Below are positions 53,781 to 64,000 of a stretch of DNA of 64,000 bases, piece by piece (within the stretch, counting starts at the first letter, position 1; each line of letters opens with the position of its first letter). Where the stretch lies: NCBI GenBank assembly GCA_964534795.1, contig CAZHQK010000112.1:2277-66276 (forward strand). Direction: 5' to 3'. Both the position numbers and the translations under genes were made by a program. The notes beneath the pieces were generated by a model. The model was not told the DNA's origin. It was given only the letters and a program-made list of their open reading frames with translations, and did not search any database. This DNA comes from an uncultured Acidobacteriota bacterium (GTDB lineage: Bacteria > Acidobacteriota > UBA6911).

Positions 53781-55163
53781 ATGCGCGCTGAACCCGGGCG
53801 CATCTACGGCGGCAGGACCGTGCTGGTGGTCGGCGCGGGACGCAGCGGCGCGGCGGCGGCCGAATTCCTGCTGCGCGCCGGGGCGCGCGTGATCCTGTCC
53901 GACCTGCGCGGCGACGAGGAAATGCGCCGCTCGCTCGCCCCGCTCGCGACGCTCGCCGGCGACCTGGTGCTGGAACTCGGGGGCCATCGCCGCGACAGCT
54001 TCGCCGCGTGCGACCTCGTGGTGCTCAGCCCGGGCGTTCCCGCGAGCCTGCCGCAACTCGAGGCCAGCCGGGCGCGCGGCATCCCGATCATCGCCGAGGT
54101 GGAACTGGCCTACCGGCATCTCGAGGGCATGCTCATCGGCATCACCGGCTCGAACGGCAAGACCACGACCACGACGCTGGCGTGCGAGATCCTGTGCGCC
54201 TCGGGCCTCCATGCGCGCGCCGCCGGCAACATCGGTGTGCCGCTGATCCGTTTCGTCCCGGAATCCCGCCCCGGAGACATCTACGTCGTCGAGCTGTCGA
54301 GCTTCCAGCTCGAGTTCATCGACCGGCTGCGCCCGGCGGTGGCCGCGGTTCTCAACCTGACGCCCGACCATCTGGACCGGCACGCCGGCTTTGCGGAGTA
54401 CGTCGAGATCAAGCGCCGCATCTTCGCCAACCAGACGGCCGCCGACCTCGCCGTGCTCAATGCCGACGACCCGCCCACGCGCGCCCTGCAGTCCGGAATT
54501 CGCGCCGCCATCGCCTTCTTCAGCCGGAAGGAGGAGGTGGCGCGCGGCGCCTTCCTGCGCGCGGGACGCGCGATCCATCGCGATGCCCGGGGCGAGAGGG
54601 AACTCTTCGCCGCCGCGCAGGTCCTGATGAAAGGGGACCACAATCTGGAGAACGCTCTCGCCGCATGCGCCGTCGCCGTGCCCGCGGGGGCGGCGCCGGA
54701 AAGCGCGGCCCGGGTCGTCAGCACCTTCCGCGGGGTCGAGCACCGCCTGGAGTGGGTGGCGGATATCGACGGGGTCTCCTACTTCAACGATTCCAAGGCG
54801 ACCAACGTCGACGCCGCCCTGCGCGCCCTGGCGGCCTTCCCGGGGAACCTGCTCTGGATCGCGGGCGGGCGCGACAAGGGGGGAGACTTCACGCTGCTCG
54901 AACCGCTGGTGCGGAGCAAGGTGAAACACCTGGTCCTCCTGGGGGAAGCCGCCGGCAAGATGCGCGAGGCGCTGGGCCGGGCCGCCGAGATCACCGAAGC
55001 GCGCAGCCTGCCCGAGGCGGTCGAATTGTGCCGCGGCATGGCGCGACCGGGCGACACGGTGCTGCTCGCGCCGGCATGCGCGAGTTTCGACATGTTCCGG
55101 AATTACGAAGAGCGCGGCCGCGTCTTCAAGGAGGCGGTGCGCAACCTGGAGTCCAAACGGTGA
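53781..55163 (+). CDS. murD: UDP-MurNAc-L-Ala:D-Glu ligase
   Basis: GGAGGAAGG RBS. VVGAGRSGAAAA...GITGSNGKTTTT...NDSKATN. Confidence 0.9.
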   Translation: MRAEPGRIYGGRTVLVVGAGRSGAAAAEFLLRAGARVILSDLRGDEEMRRSLAPLATLAGDLVLELGGHRRDSFAACDLVVLSPGVPASLPQLEASRARGIPIIAEVELAYRHLEGMLIGITGSNGKTTTTTLACEILCASGLHARAAGNIGVPLIRFVPESRPGDIYVVELSSFQLEFIDRLRPAVAAVLNLTPDHLDRHAGFAEYVEIKRRIFANQTAADLAVLNADDPPTRALQSGIRAAIAFFSRKEEVARGAFLRAGRAIHRDARGERELFAAAQVLMKGDHNLENALAACAVAVPAGAAPESAARVVSTFRGVEHRLEWVADIDGVSYFNDSKATNVDAALRALAAFPGNLLWIAGGRDKGGDFTLLEPLVRSKVKHLVLLGEAAGKMREALGRAAEITEARSLPEAVELCRGMARPGDTVLLAPACASFDMFRNYEERGRVFKEAVRNLESKR

Positions 55164-56275
55164 GCAAGCCTGTCCCGACCCGTTCTTTCGGCAACGACCG
55201 GATCCTGTTGTTCACCGTGATCCTGCTGACGGTCTTCGGACTGCTCATGCTGTACAGCGCCTCGTCGCTGAAGTCCTCCGACCGCTACGGCATCTCGTCG
55301 TTCTATTTCCTGCGCCAACTGGGATGCGCGCTCCTGGGCCTGGCCCTCATGTTCGCCCTCACGAACGTGGATTACCACCTGTGGCGCAGGCGCAAGATTC
55401 TCGTTCTGCTGCTCCTGCTGTCGGTGCTCGGCCTGGCCCTGGTGCTGACCCAGCCTTCCATCAACGGGGCGCGGCGCTGGTTCCGCCTGGGCGCATTGCC
55501 CTCGTTCCAGCCCTCGGAAGCAGCCAAGCTGGTGCTTCTTATTTTCCTGGCCGCCTTCCTGGAACGATACGATCGTGAGATCAACGACCCGGCGAGGCGG
55601 TTGCTGCCGTGCACGGCGGTCGTCGCGCTCGTCGCGGCCCTGGTGGCCGTCGAGCCGGATCTGGGCCAGACGGTGGTCATCGGCGTGATCGCCGGAACGA
55701 TGCTGCTCGTCGCCGGCCTGAGCTGGAAGTACGTCCTCGCCGCCGCCGCACCGGCGGCGGCGCTCTTCTACTTCGAGGTTTATCGCGTGCCCTTCCGCTG
55801 GCAGCGTGTGCTGGCGTACGCGGACCCCACGGCCGATCCGCAGGGAGCGGGATGGCAGGTACTGCAATCCCTCACGGCGATCGGCAGCGGCGGCCTGTTC
55901 GGCCAGGGGCCGGGGGCCGGCCGGAGCAAGCTCTTCTATCTTCCGGAGGCCCACGGCGATTTCATTTTCGCCGTCATCGGCGAGGAACTCGGCCTGGTGG
56001 GAGCGGGCCTGACCTGCGTGGCGTTCGCGGTCATCATGTTCCGCGGCATGCGCATCGCCCTGAGGGCCCCCGACAAGTTCGGCTGCTACCTGGCCCTGGG
56101 GATCACGGTCCAGGTGGTCCTGCAGGCTCTGATCAATTTTTCCAGCGTGCTCTCCCTGCTGCCGGCGAAGGGGACGGCACTGCCCTTCATCAGCCAGGGC
56201 GGCTCGTCGCTGCTGATGAACCTGGCGGCATCGGGGATCCTGCTGAATATCTCGGAATATGGCGACAGTGCGTGA
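55160..56275 (+). CDS. ftsW: peptidoglycan glycosyltransferase FtsW (SEDS family)
   Basis: GTG overlapping the murD stop (GTGA). ...FQPSEAAKL...EPDLGQ...LPEAHGDFIFAVIGEELG...GTALPFISQGGSSLL. Confidence 0.9.
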   Translation: MSKPVPTRSFGNDRILLFTVILLTVFGLLMLYSASSLKSSDRYGISSFYFLRQLGCALLGLALMFALTNVDYHLWRRRKILVLLLLLSVLGLALVLTQPSINGARRWFRLGALPSFQPSEAAKLVLLIFLAAFLERYDREINDPARRLLPCTAVVALVAALVAVEPDLGQTVVIGVIAGTMLLVAGLSWKYVLAAAAPAAALFYFEVYRVPFRWQRVLAYADPTADPQGAGWQVLQSLTAIGSGGLFGQGPGAGRSKLFYLPEAHGDFIFAVIGEELGLVGAGLTCVAFAVIMFRGMRIALRAPDKFGCYLALGITVQVVLQALINFSSVLSLLPAKGTALPFISQGGSSLLMNLAASGILLNISEYGDSA

Positions 56276-56327
56276 GGCGCTTGCTGCGCGCGCAGCGCGC
56301 CCGCAGGAAGCGGAAGGGAAAGAGGCG

Positions 56328-57428
56328 ATGAAGGTCGTCATTGCAGGGGGAGGCACGGGCGGCCACCTGTACATCGGCGTCGCCGTGGCGAAGGAGCTGC
56401 AGCGGCGCGCCCCGGACCACGAGGTGGTCTTCGTCGGCGCCCATCGCAGCCTGGAAGCGCGCATCGTGCCCAACGAAGGGTTCCGCCTGGAGTTCGTATC
56501 CTGCGCCGGCCTCAAGGGAGTCGGCGCGCTGCGCGCCCTGCGCAATCTGATGCGGATCCCCCGCAGCCTGCGGCAGTCGCGCCGCCTGCTGCTGGAACAT
56601 GCTCCGGATGTGGTCGTGGGCGTGGGAGGCTACTCGTCGGGGCCGGTCGTGCTCGCCGGCTGGTGGCTGGGCAAGCCGACCCTGATCATAGAACCCAATG
56701 CCTTCCCGGGGCTGGCCAACCGCTGGCTCGCGCGCGTCGCCGACCGCGTGGCCGTGGCCCTGCCCGAGACCGCCCGATACTTCGGGCCCAGAGCGGTCGT
56801 CACCGGGATCCCGGTACGGCCGGAGTTCCCGCTCGTGACGCGCCGCGAGCACGGACCGGGCCGCTTGACGGTCCTGATCTACGGGGGCAGCCAGGGAAGC
56901 CACGCGCTCAACACGGTCGTGTGCGAAGCCCTGGAAGGCCTGAAGGCCCTCGGCCCGGGGCTGCAGATCATCCACCAGACGGGGGAAAGGGACCTCGAGG
57001 CCGTACGCGCGGCCTACCGCCGGGCGGGAGTCCGCTGGGAGGCGCGCGCCTTCCTGCCGAGAATATACGAGGAATTCGAGCGCGCGGATCTGATCCTGGC
57101 GCGCGCCGGCGCGGGCACGATCGCCGAGATCACCGCTGCCGGCAAGGCCGCGCTCCTGGTGCCCTTCCCGCAGGCCGCCGACGACCATCAGACGCGCAAC
57201 GCCCGGGCGCTGGAAGAGCACGGCGCGGCCCGGCTGATCCCGCAGAGCGAGCTGGACGCCGCGCGGCTGGTGCGCGAGATACACCGCTACATGGAGCACC
57301 CGGAGGAGATCCGATCGATGGAGGATGCGGCGCGCCGCCTGGCCAGGCCGGATGCGGCCGCCAAGATCGTGGACCTCATTTTCGAACTGGGCACCGTGAG
57401 GGCCGCCCGAGCGGCAAGCCGGAACTGA
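56328..57428 (+). CDS. murG: UDP-GlcNAc:lipid I GlcNAc transferase
   Basis: [15 protein letters not shown]...GGSQGS...[34 protein letters not shown]. Confidence 0.9.
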   Translation: MKVVIAGGGTGGHLYIGVAVAKELQRRAPDHEVVFVGAHRSLEARIVPNEGFRLEFVSCAGLKGVGALRALRNLMRIPRSLRQSRRLLLEHAPDVVVGVGGYSSGPVVLAGWWLGKPTLIIEPNAFPGLANRWLARVADRVAVALPETARYFGPRAVVTGIPVRPEFPLVTRREHGPGRLTVLIYGGSQGSHALNTVVCEALEGLKALGPGLQIIHQTGERDLEAVRAAYRRAGVRWEARAFLPRIYEEFERADLILARAGAGTIAEITAAGKAALLVPFPQAADDHQTRNARALEEHGAARLIPQSELDAARLVREIHRYMEHPEEIRSMEDAARRLARPDAAAKIVDLIFELGTVRAARAASRN

Positions 57429-57433
57429 AAGAC

Positions 57434-58840
57434 ATGTTCAGGAAGATCCAGAAGATCCATTTCGTCGGCATCGGCGGCATCGGCATGAGCGGCATCGCCG
57501 AACTGCTCCTCAACCTCGGGTACCAGGTCTCGGGTTCGGATCTCAAGCCGAGCGCCATCACGCGCCGCCTGGCGAGCCTGGGGGCCAAGGTTTACGAAGG
57601 CCATGCGGCCGAGAACGTCGGGGAGGCCAACGTGGTGGTGATCTCCTCGGCGGTGCGCGGCGACAACGTCGAAGTGCTGGAGGCCAAAAGGAGGCAGATT
57701 CCCGTCATTCCGCGGGCGGAGATGCTGGCCGAGCTCATGCGGCTCAAGTACAGCGTCGCGATCGCCGGCGCCCACGGCAAGACCAGCACGACCTCCATGG
57801 TCGCCACCGTTCTGGCGCATGCGGGCCGCGACCCGACGGTGGTGATCGGCGGCCGGCTCGCCGCCTTGGGCAGCAATGCCAGGCTGGGCCGCGGGGAGTT
57901 CATCGTGGCGGAGGCCGACGAAAGCGACGGTTCGTTCCTCAAGCTCAGCCCGACGCTGGCGGTGGTCACGAGTATCGACCGCGAGCATCTCGACCATTAC
58001 GCCGACCTGGCCGAAATCCAGGATGCCTTCGTCGCCTTCGTCAACAAGGTGCCCTTCTACGGCGCGGCGGTCCTCTGCCTGGACGATCCCAACGTCCAGG
58101 CCATCATTCCCAGGGTGACGCGGCGCATCATTTCCTACGGCACCAGCAGCCAGGCCGACCTGGTCGCTTCGCAGATCGCGTGCGAAGGATTCGCCAGCTC
58201 CTACACCTTGCGCTTCCAGGGAATGCCGTTGGGGCGCCTGCGCATCAACGCGCCCGGCCGGCACGGCGTGCTCAACTCGCTGGCCGCCGCCGCCATCGGC
58301 CTGGAGCTCGAGATCCCGGTGGAGCGGATCGCCGAGGCGCTGGCCGCCTTCCAGAACGCCGACCGGCGTTTCCAGATCAAGGGCGAGCGCGACGGCGTGC
58401 TCGTGGTGGACGACTACGGCCACCACCCCACGGAGATCCAGGCGACGCTGAGCGCCGTCCGCTCGGCATGCGAGCGGCGCGTGGTGGCGGTCTTCCAGCC
58501 GCACCGCTACACGCGCGTCCGCGCGCTGGAAGAGGAGTTCGCGCGCGCTTTCTACCATGCCGACGTGCTCATCGTGCTGCCCGTCTATGCGGCCGGCGAG
58601 GACCCGATCCCCGGCGTGTGTGCGGAAAAGCTGGTCGGCCTCATCAAGAAGCACGGCCACCGCGACGTCTCGTATGCCGCCGATTTCCGCGAGGCGGGCC
58701 TGCTTTTGCGCGAAAAGACGCGCGCGGGGGACCTGCTGATCACGCTCGGGGCGGGCGACGTGTACAAGGTGGGCGAAGACTTTCTGGCAGGCGACCCCGC
58801 ACGGCCGGAGAAAAACGATGGAGATCAGAACCACCGATAA
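57434..58840 (+). CDS. murC: UDP-MurNAc:L-Ala ligase
   Basis: [18 protein letters not shown]...[13 protein letters not shown]...[10 protein letters not shown]...[10 protein letters not shown]. Confidence 0.9.
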   Translation: MFRKIQKIHFVGIGGIGMSGIAELLLNLGYQVSGSDLKPSAITRRLASLGAKVYEGHAAENVGEANVVVISSAVRGDNVEVLEAKRRQIPVIPRAEMLAELMRLKYSVAIAGAHGKTSTTSMVATVLAHAGRDPTVVIGGRLAALGSNARLGRGEFIVAEADESDGSFLKLSPTLAVVTSIDREHLDHYADLAEIQDAFVAFVNKVPFYGAAVLCLDDPNVQAIIPRVTRRIISYGTSSQADLVASQIACEGFASSYTLRFQGMPLGRLRINAPGRHGVLNSLAAAAIGLELEIPVERIAEALAAFQNADRRFQIKGERDGVLVVDDYGHHPTEIQATLSAVRSACERRVVAVFQPHRYTRVRALEEEFARAFYHADVLIVLPVYAAGEDPIPGVCAEKLVGLIKKHGHRDVSYAADFREAGLLLREKTRAGDLLITLGAGDVYKVGEDFLAGDPARPEKNDGDQNHR

Positions 58841-59750
58841 CGCCGCCGCCGCACCGGCTTCTTCCGGGGCCCACCCGCCGTCGCGGGGCGCCTACCTGCG
58901 CCGCCCGGCGGCGCACAGGCTCCAGAGGAGACGCGCCGGCGGCCGCCGCTGGGCGCGCATTCTGAAGACCGCGGCCGGCCTGGCCGTGCCCGCCGCATGC
59001 CTGGCGCTGCTGGCGGGAGGATACCGCTGCCTGTCGTCCTCGGAACGGCTCGCCCTGCGCCGGGTCGCCTGCGAGGGGTGCCGGCGGGTCGCCGCCGCCG
59101 ATCTCGAGGCGATCGTCCGCCGGGAGTTCCCGGCCAACATCCTGCGCATCGACCTGCGGCGGCTGCGCGCCCGCCTGCTGCGCGAGCGCTGGATCCGCGA
59201 GGTCGAGATCCGGCGCATCCTGCCCGGCACGCTGCTCTTCTATGTCGAGGAGCGCCGGCCGGCCGCGATTGCGGAGCTGGGCGAGGAGCTGGTGCTGACC
59301 GACGGGGAGGGAGTGCTGCTCGACAAGTACGGGCCGGGGTACGGCTCGCTGGACGTACCGGTGTTTTCGGGCCTGCTCGGCCGGAATGCCGCCGAGTACG
59401 CCGGCCAGCAGGAGCAGAATTCCCTGCGCGTCCGGCTGGGCCTGCGCGTGCTGTCGGAACTGGAGAGCGGTTCGCCGGCCTACGCCCGCGCCGTCTCGGA
59501 GATCGACGTGTCCGATCCCTCCAACGTGCGCATCATGCTGGTCGACGATACCGCGGAGGTCTACCTGGGCGATCGCGATTTCCTGAGGCGCTTCCGCACC
59601 TTCATGGCGAACCGCGCGCAATACGAGGAACTCAAGGCGGAAAACCGCGACATCGCCTCGGTCGATCTGCGCTTCGACGGAAAGATCATCTATCACCAGA
59701 GAACCGCGGCGCCTCCAGCGGAGGAGAGTGCGCCGCCCAGGAGGCCGTAA
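58818..59750 (+). CDS. ftsQ: cell division protein FtsQ
   Basis: Position. Arg-rich N-terminus, one TM segment ([21 protein letters not shown]), and a POTRA-like segment ([18 protein letters not shown]...NILRIDL...[22 protein letters not shown]). Confidence 0.7.
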   Translation: MEIRTTDNAAAAPASSGAHPPSRGAYLRRPAAHRLQRRRAGGRRWARILKTAAGLAVPAACLALLAGGYRCLSSSERLALRRVACEGCRRVAAADLEAIVRREFPANILRIDLRRLRARLLRERWIREVEIRRILPGTLLFYVEERRPAAIAELGEELVLTDGEGVLLDKYGPGYGSLDVPVFSGLLGRNAAEYAGQQEQNSLRVRLGLRVLSELESGSPAYARAVSEIDVSDPSNVRIMLVDDTAEVYLGDRDFLRRFRTFMANRAQYEELKAENRDIASVDLRFDGKIIYHQRTAAPPAEESAPPRRP

Positions 59751-59804
59751 CGGAGTCTGCCGGCGCGCCCGCCGGGCGCGCCGGTGCTGCAGGAGAGTGG
59801 GATC

Positions 59805-61034
59805 GTGCGCAAGAGGGAACGCTTCGTATCGTGCCTGGATCTCGGGACGAACAAGATCTGTATGGTGATCGCGCGCACCGCCGCCGACGGGCAGCCGGAG
59901 ATCATGGGCGTCGGCCACGCCCCTGCGGAAGGCCTGCACCGGGGCACGGTCGTCGACCTCTCGCTGGCCTCGGAGGCGATCCGCCAGGCGGCCCAGGAAG
60001 CCGAAGCCGGCGCCGAGGTCGCGGCCGACTGGGTTACGCTCGGAATCGCAGGCGAGCACATCCAGAGCTACAACTGTCACGGTGCCATCACCATCGAGGG
60101 AAAAAACAGCGAGGTGACGTGCGCCGACGTCGACCAGGTTCTCCTGGCGGCGCGCTCACTGCCCATGCCGCCGTCACGCGAAATCGTCCATGTCCTGCCG
60201 CAGGAATACCTGCTCGACGGCCGCGGGTGCATCCAGAATCCCGTGGGCCTGATGGGCACCCGTCTCGACGCCCATGTCCACGTGGTCACGGCGGAAAGCG
60301 CGCTCCTGCAGAACCTGATCGGGGCGGTCAACCAGGCGCAGATGAGGGTCAAGAAGATGATCCTGCAGCACATCGCCAGCGCCGAGGCGACACTGACGAA
60401 GGACGAGAAGGAACTGGGCGCGGCCGTCATCGACATCGGGGCCGGCACGACCAACATCGCCGTGTTCACCCGCAATTCCCTGCGCTTCACCGCGACGGTG
60501 CCCGTGGGCGGAATGCATTTCACCCGCGACCTCGCCATCGGCTTGCGCACCCCGCTCGAACACGCGGAGCGCATCAAGATCGAGCGCGGCAGCGCCCGTC
60601 TCGAAGGGATCGCGGAAGACGAAACGATCGACGTCCCGAGCGTGGGCACCGGCGAACCGCGCCCCATGATGCGCCGCTTCGCCTGCGAGATCCTGCATCA
60701 ACGGGCGGTCGAGCTGCTGGAGCTCGCCGCGGAGCAGATCGCCCGTTCGGGCACCCGGCCGGAACTGATGGCGGGAGCGGTGCTGACCGGCGGGGGCGGC
60801 ACCCTGGACGGGATGGCGGCTCTCGGCGAAAGCATCCTGGGCCTTCCCGTGCGCCTGGGATTCCCCGCGGGCGTGCGCAGCCTGCCCGGCGAGCTCGGCC
60901 ACCCGGCCTTCGCATCCGCCGTCGGCCTGGCGCTGCTGTGCGTCCGGCCGACCGAACTGTTGGCGGCGCGCGCCGCGCGCGCCGCCCGCTCATCCTGGAT
61001 CGTGAACAGAATCCTGTCTTGGGTCAGCAGCTAG
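59805..61034 (+). CDS. ftsA: cell division protein FtsA
   Basis: GTG 59805, 9 nt after AGGAGAG. FVSCLDLGTNKICMVIA...VIDIGAGTTNIAVF...LTGGGGTLDGM. Confidence 0.9.
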   Translation: MRKRERFVSCLDLGTNKICMVIARTAADGQPEIMGVGHAPAEGLHRGTVVDLSLASEAIRQAAQEAEAGAEVAADWVTLGIAGEHIQSYNCHGAITIEGKNSEVTCADVDQVLLAARSLPMPPSREIVHVLPQEYLLDGRGCIQNPVGLMGTRLDAHVHVVTAESALLQNLIGAVNQAQMRVKKMILQHIASAEATLTKDEKELGAAVIDIGAGTTNIAVFTRNSLRFTATVPVGGMHFTRDLAIGLRTPLEHAERIKIERGSARLEGIAEDETIDVPSVGTGEPRPMMRRFACEILHQRAVELLELAAEQIARSGTRPELMAGAVLTGGGGTLDGMAALGESILGLPVRLGFPAGVRSLPGELGHPAFASAVGLALLCVRPTELLAARAARAARSSWIVNRILSWVSS

Positions 61035-61126
61035 TCCCTCGGCGGTGTGCTTATGTCTATTCGGGGCAAAATGCCGACAAGGATGGAGCATGATCGTAGT
61101 TGCTGCTGCCTTCAGCTCTCAACTTC

Positions 61127-61191
61127 CAGCTTTCAGCAATCAGCCTTGATCCGCGGCGAAGCGACGCCTGAAAGCCGATCGCTGAAAGCTG
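61127..61191 (+). promoter_or_regulatory. long imperfect hairpin built from GCTGAAAG/CTTTCAGC motifs in the ftsA-ftsZ spacer
   Basis: CAGCTTTCAGC (61127-61137) is the perfect complement of GCTGAAAGCTG (61181-61191). Additional copies are CCTTCAGC (left) and CCTGAAAGCC (right). Confidence 0.3.
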
Positions 61192-61287
61192 ACGGCACTA
61201 ACGCAATGGAACAAGACCGCCGGAAAGAATCGGAACCGCATTGGTTCAAGCTTTTCCGGATTGGGTCGTCAGCGAAGGGAGGAAAGG

Positions 61288-62481
<1,194 letters not shown>

Positions 62482-62521
62482 GCCGCGGCGCGGGGCGGCA
62501 TGGGCCGCCCCGCGCCGCGGC
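62482..62521. terminator. perfect 18-bp GC inverted repeat between convergent ftsZ and rhomboid genes
   Basis: GCCGCGGCGCGGGGCGGC-ATGG-GCCGCCCCGCGCCGCGGC. It starts 1 nt after the ftsZ stop and ends 2 nt before the rhomboid stop. No U-tract. Confidence 0.45.
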
Positions 62522-62523
62522 GT

Positions 62524-63264
62524 TCAGTGAATCGAGGGGCCCTTCTTCTCCTCCTCGATCTTGCGGCGCACCTCGCCGTAGTAGACTTCGAACTGGCGCT
62601 TCAGCTCCGCGCGCCGCCGGCGCGCGCGGTAGTCCTGCAACCACGCCCGCCAGCCCCGGCCGCGCAGCGCAATCCATCCCACGAGCATCCCGCCGAGGTG
62701 GGCCACATGGGCCACGCCCGGCTCCCCGCCCGCAAGGGACGAATAGAAGGCGATCGCCCCCATGAAAAGCACCAGCCATTTGACCTTGACCGGAAACAGC
62801 AGGTAAATGTAGACGAGCCGATTCGGATAGAGCAGGCCGTAGGCCAGCAGCACGCCGTAGATCGCCCCCGACGCGCCGATGATCACGCTGCGGCTGTCGA
62901 CGCCGACCAGCCAGGAGCACAAAGCGGCGCCGATTCCGGTCAGGAAGTAATAGCGCAGGAAGCGCGCCGGGCCCCAGCTCCGCTCGAGATCGCAGCCGAA
63001 CATGAAGAGCGTGAACATGTTGAAAAAGATGTGGAAGAAACCGCCGTGGAGGAACATGTAGGTCGCCGGCTGCCACAGCGCCAGATCGTGCGTGACGCGC
63101 CAGGGGATCAGGCCGAAGGTAAAGACCAGGCGATTGCCGTCGGCGAGGCGTGCGGCCAGTTGCACGACGAAGACGGCGGCGTTGGCGATGATGAGGCACT
63201 TGACGGCCCGGGTCGCCGGGCCGCCGAAGAAGGACGTGATGCCGTAGCCGCGCATGCCGTACAT
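62524..63264 (-). CDS. rhomboid-family intramembrane serine protease
   Basis: ...FLHGGFFHIFFNMF...IGASGAIYG (GxSG)...AHLGGML (catalytic His). The start is ATG 63264 or 63294. Confidence 0.8.
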   Translation of the reverse strand: MYGMRGYGITSFFGGPATRAVKCLIIANAAVFVVQLAARLADGNRLVFTFGLIPWRVTHDLALWQPATYMFLHGGFFHIFFNMFTLFMFGCDLERSWGPARFLRYYFLTGIGAALCSWLVGVDSRSVIIGASGAIYGVLLAYGLLYPNRLVYIYLLFPVKVKWLVLFMGAIAFYSSLAGGEPGVAHVAHLGGMLVGWIALRGRGWRAWLQDYRARRRRAELKRQFEVYYGEVRRKIEEEKKGPSIH

Positions 63265-63369
63265 CGTATCAGAGACGCGCGGCCGGGCAAGCATGAGATG
63301 GGCGCGGCAGGCCGCGCGGTCCGTCCGTGGTAGAATGCTGCCCGGTCCACGAATGAAAGAGAGGTGCGC

Positions 63370-64000
63370 ATGCGATCCGGAGAGCGCAGCCCGGAGACGA
63401 TGAGGCAGGTTCGCATAGAGCTCGATTACACCAAGCACGCCGAGGGATCGGTGCTGATCGGCGTGGGCGACACCGCCGTCGTGTGCACCTGCAGCATCGA
63501 GGACAAGGTTCCGCCCTTTCTCATCGATGCCAACCAGGGATGGATCACGGCGGAGTACGGCATGCTCCCGCGCGCCACCACCACCCGCGCGCCGCGCGAA
63601 GCCGCGCGCGGCCGGCCTTCGGGGCGCACCGTCGAGATCCAGCGCCTCGTCGGCCGCTCGCTGCGCAGCGTGGTCAACCCGTCGCTCCTCGGCAAGCGCA
63701 CCTTCCTGGTCGACTGCGACGTGATCCAGGCCGACGGCGGCACCAGGACCGCCTCCATCACGGGCGGCTTCCTGGCGCTCGTGCTGGCGGTGGACCGCCT
63801 GATGAGCCGCAGGCTCCTGGAGTTCAGTCCCCTGACCGATTTTGTGGCCGCGACCAGCGTGGGCCTCCTGGATCAGGTTCCGCATCTGGACCTCGACTAC
63901 GAAGAGGATTCCCACGCGGAGGTCGATATGAACCTGGTCATGACGGGCCGGGGGCGCTTCGTCGAGATCCAGGGCACGGCGGAAAAGCAGTGCTTCACCT
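63370..64000 (+). CDS. rph: ribonuclease PH (5' part; runs off the window end)
   Basis: Not in the ORF track (no stop in the window). ATG 63370 after [49 protein letters not shown]...[14 protein letters not shown]...[15 protein letters not shown]...[18 protein letters not shown]. Confidence 0.9.
   Translation, partial: MRSGERSPETMRQVRIELDYTKHAEGSVLIGVGDTAVVCTCSIEDKVPPFLIDANQGWITAEYGMLPRATTTRAPREAARGRPSGRTVEIQRLVGRSLRSVVNPSLLGKRTFLVDCDVIQADGGTRTASITGGFLALVLAVDRLMSRRLLEFSPLTDFVAATSVGLLDQVPHLDLDYEEDSHAEVDMNLVMTGRGRFVEIQGTAEKQCFT

Noticed and set aside
47969-54929. Alternative-frame and antisense giant ORFs inside the dcw cluster (47969..50983 +, 51204..52580 + extension, 52314..54929 -, 54008..55159 + extension)
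   Set aside because: All overlap genes with canonical Mur/Fts/MraY motifs. Their translations are Arg/Pro/Gly runs. The in-frame extensions upstream of mraY and ftsW overlap the preceding gene entirely.
62524-63915. The 463-aa minus-strand ORF extending the rhomboid gene upstream across rph
   Set aside because: Rhomboid homology starts at MYGMRGYG (63264). The upstream part is antisense to the clearly coding rph gene and is Arg/Ala/Gly-rich.

Overview
The window is a high-GC bacterial chromosomal segment. It is probably Acidobacteriota; this is an inference from the CarboxypepD_reg-type giant TonB receptor, the gene content and the GGAGG-type RBSs, and no search was possible. About 50 protein genes are supportable.

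The window has three parts:
- 0-31 kb is mixed and partly accessory. It holds an M14-like peptidase fragment, two paralogous glycine-zipper proteins, a thiolase, a membrane M28 peptidase, a ferredoxin, a class A beta-lactamase-like hydrolase, two divergent GT-C glycosyltransferases, a frameshifted TonB-dependent receptor, a penicillin/AHL-acylase-family Ntn hydrolase, an HDOD-GAF protein, an OPT transporter-PepD-Clp1-like kinase run, a BlaI-type repressor, folE and queA.
- 31.9-45.2 kb is a minus-strand housekeeping run: ychF-bamA-surA-like-tamB, then rplU-rpmA-obg-nadD-rsfS-rlmH-dksA-like-comF. Many of these genes have overlapping stop and start codons.
- 45.5-62.5 kb is a complete dcw cluster, mraZ-rsmH-ftsL-ftsI-murE-murF-mraY-murD-ftsW-murG-murC-ftsQ-ftsA-ftsZ. 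It is followed by a rhomboid protease gene and the 5' part of rph.

I saw no tRNA, rRNA, CRISPR array, transposase, integrase or phage genes.

The least explained signal is a trio of ~100-nt, three-hairpin repeat units at 16.13-16.45 kb. They sit in alternating orientation, and the stems carry compensatory substitutions. Other points of note:
- a 1-nt frameshift in the TonB receptor
- a bacterial Clp1/Grc3-like P-loop kinase with no canonical start codon
- a BlaI repressor followed by a 39-codon membrane micro-ORF instead of a BlaR1 sensor
- a clear MraZ-type GTGG x3 operator
- several candidate leader and terminator structures

Nothing here convincingly looks like a multi-gene novel defence or secretion system. 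All start codons are best guesses from RBS and homology logic, and no database search was possible.
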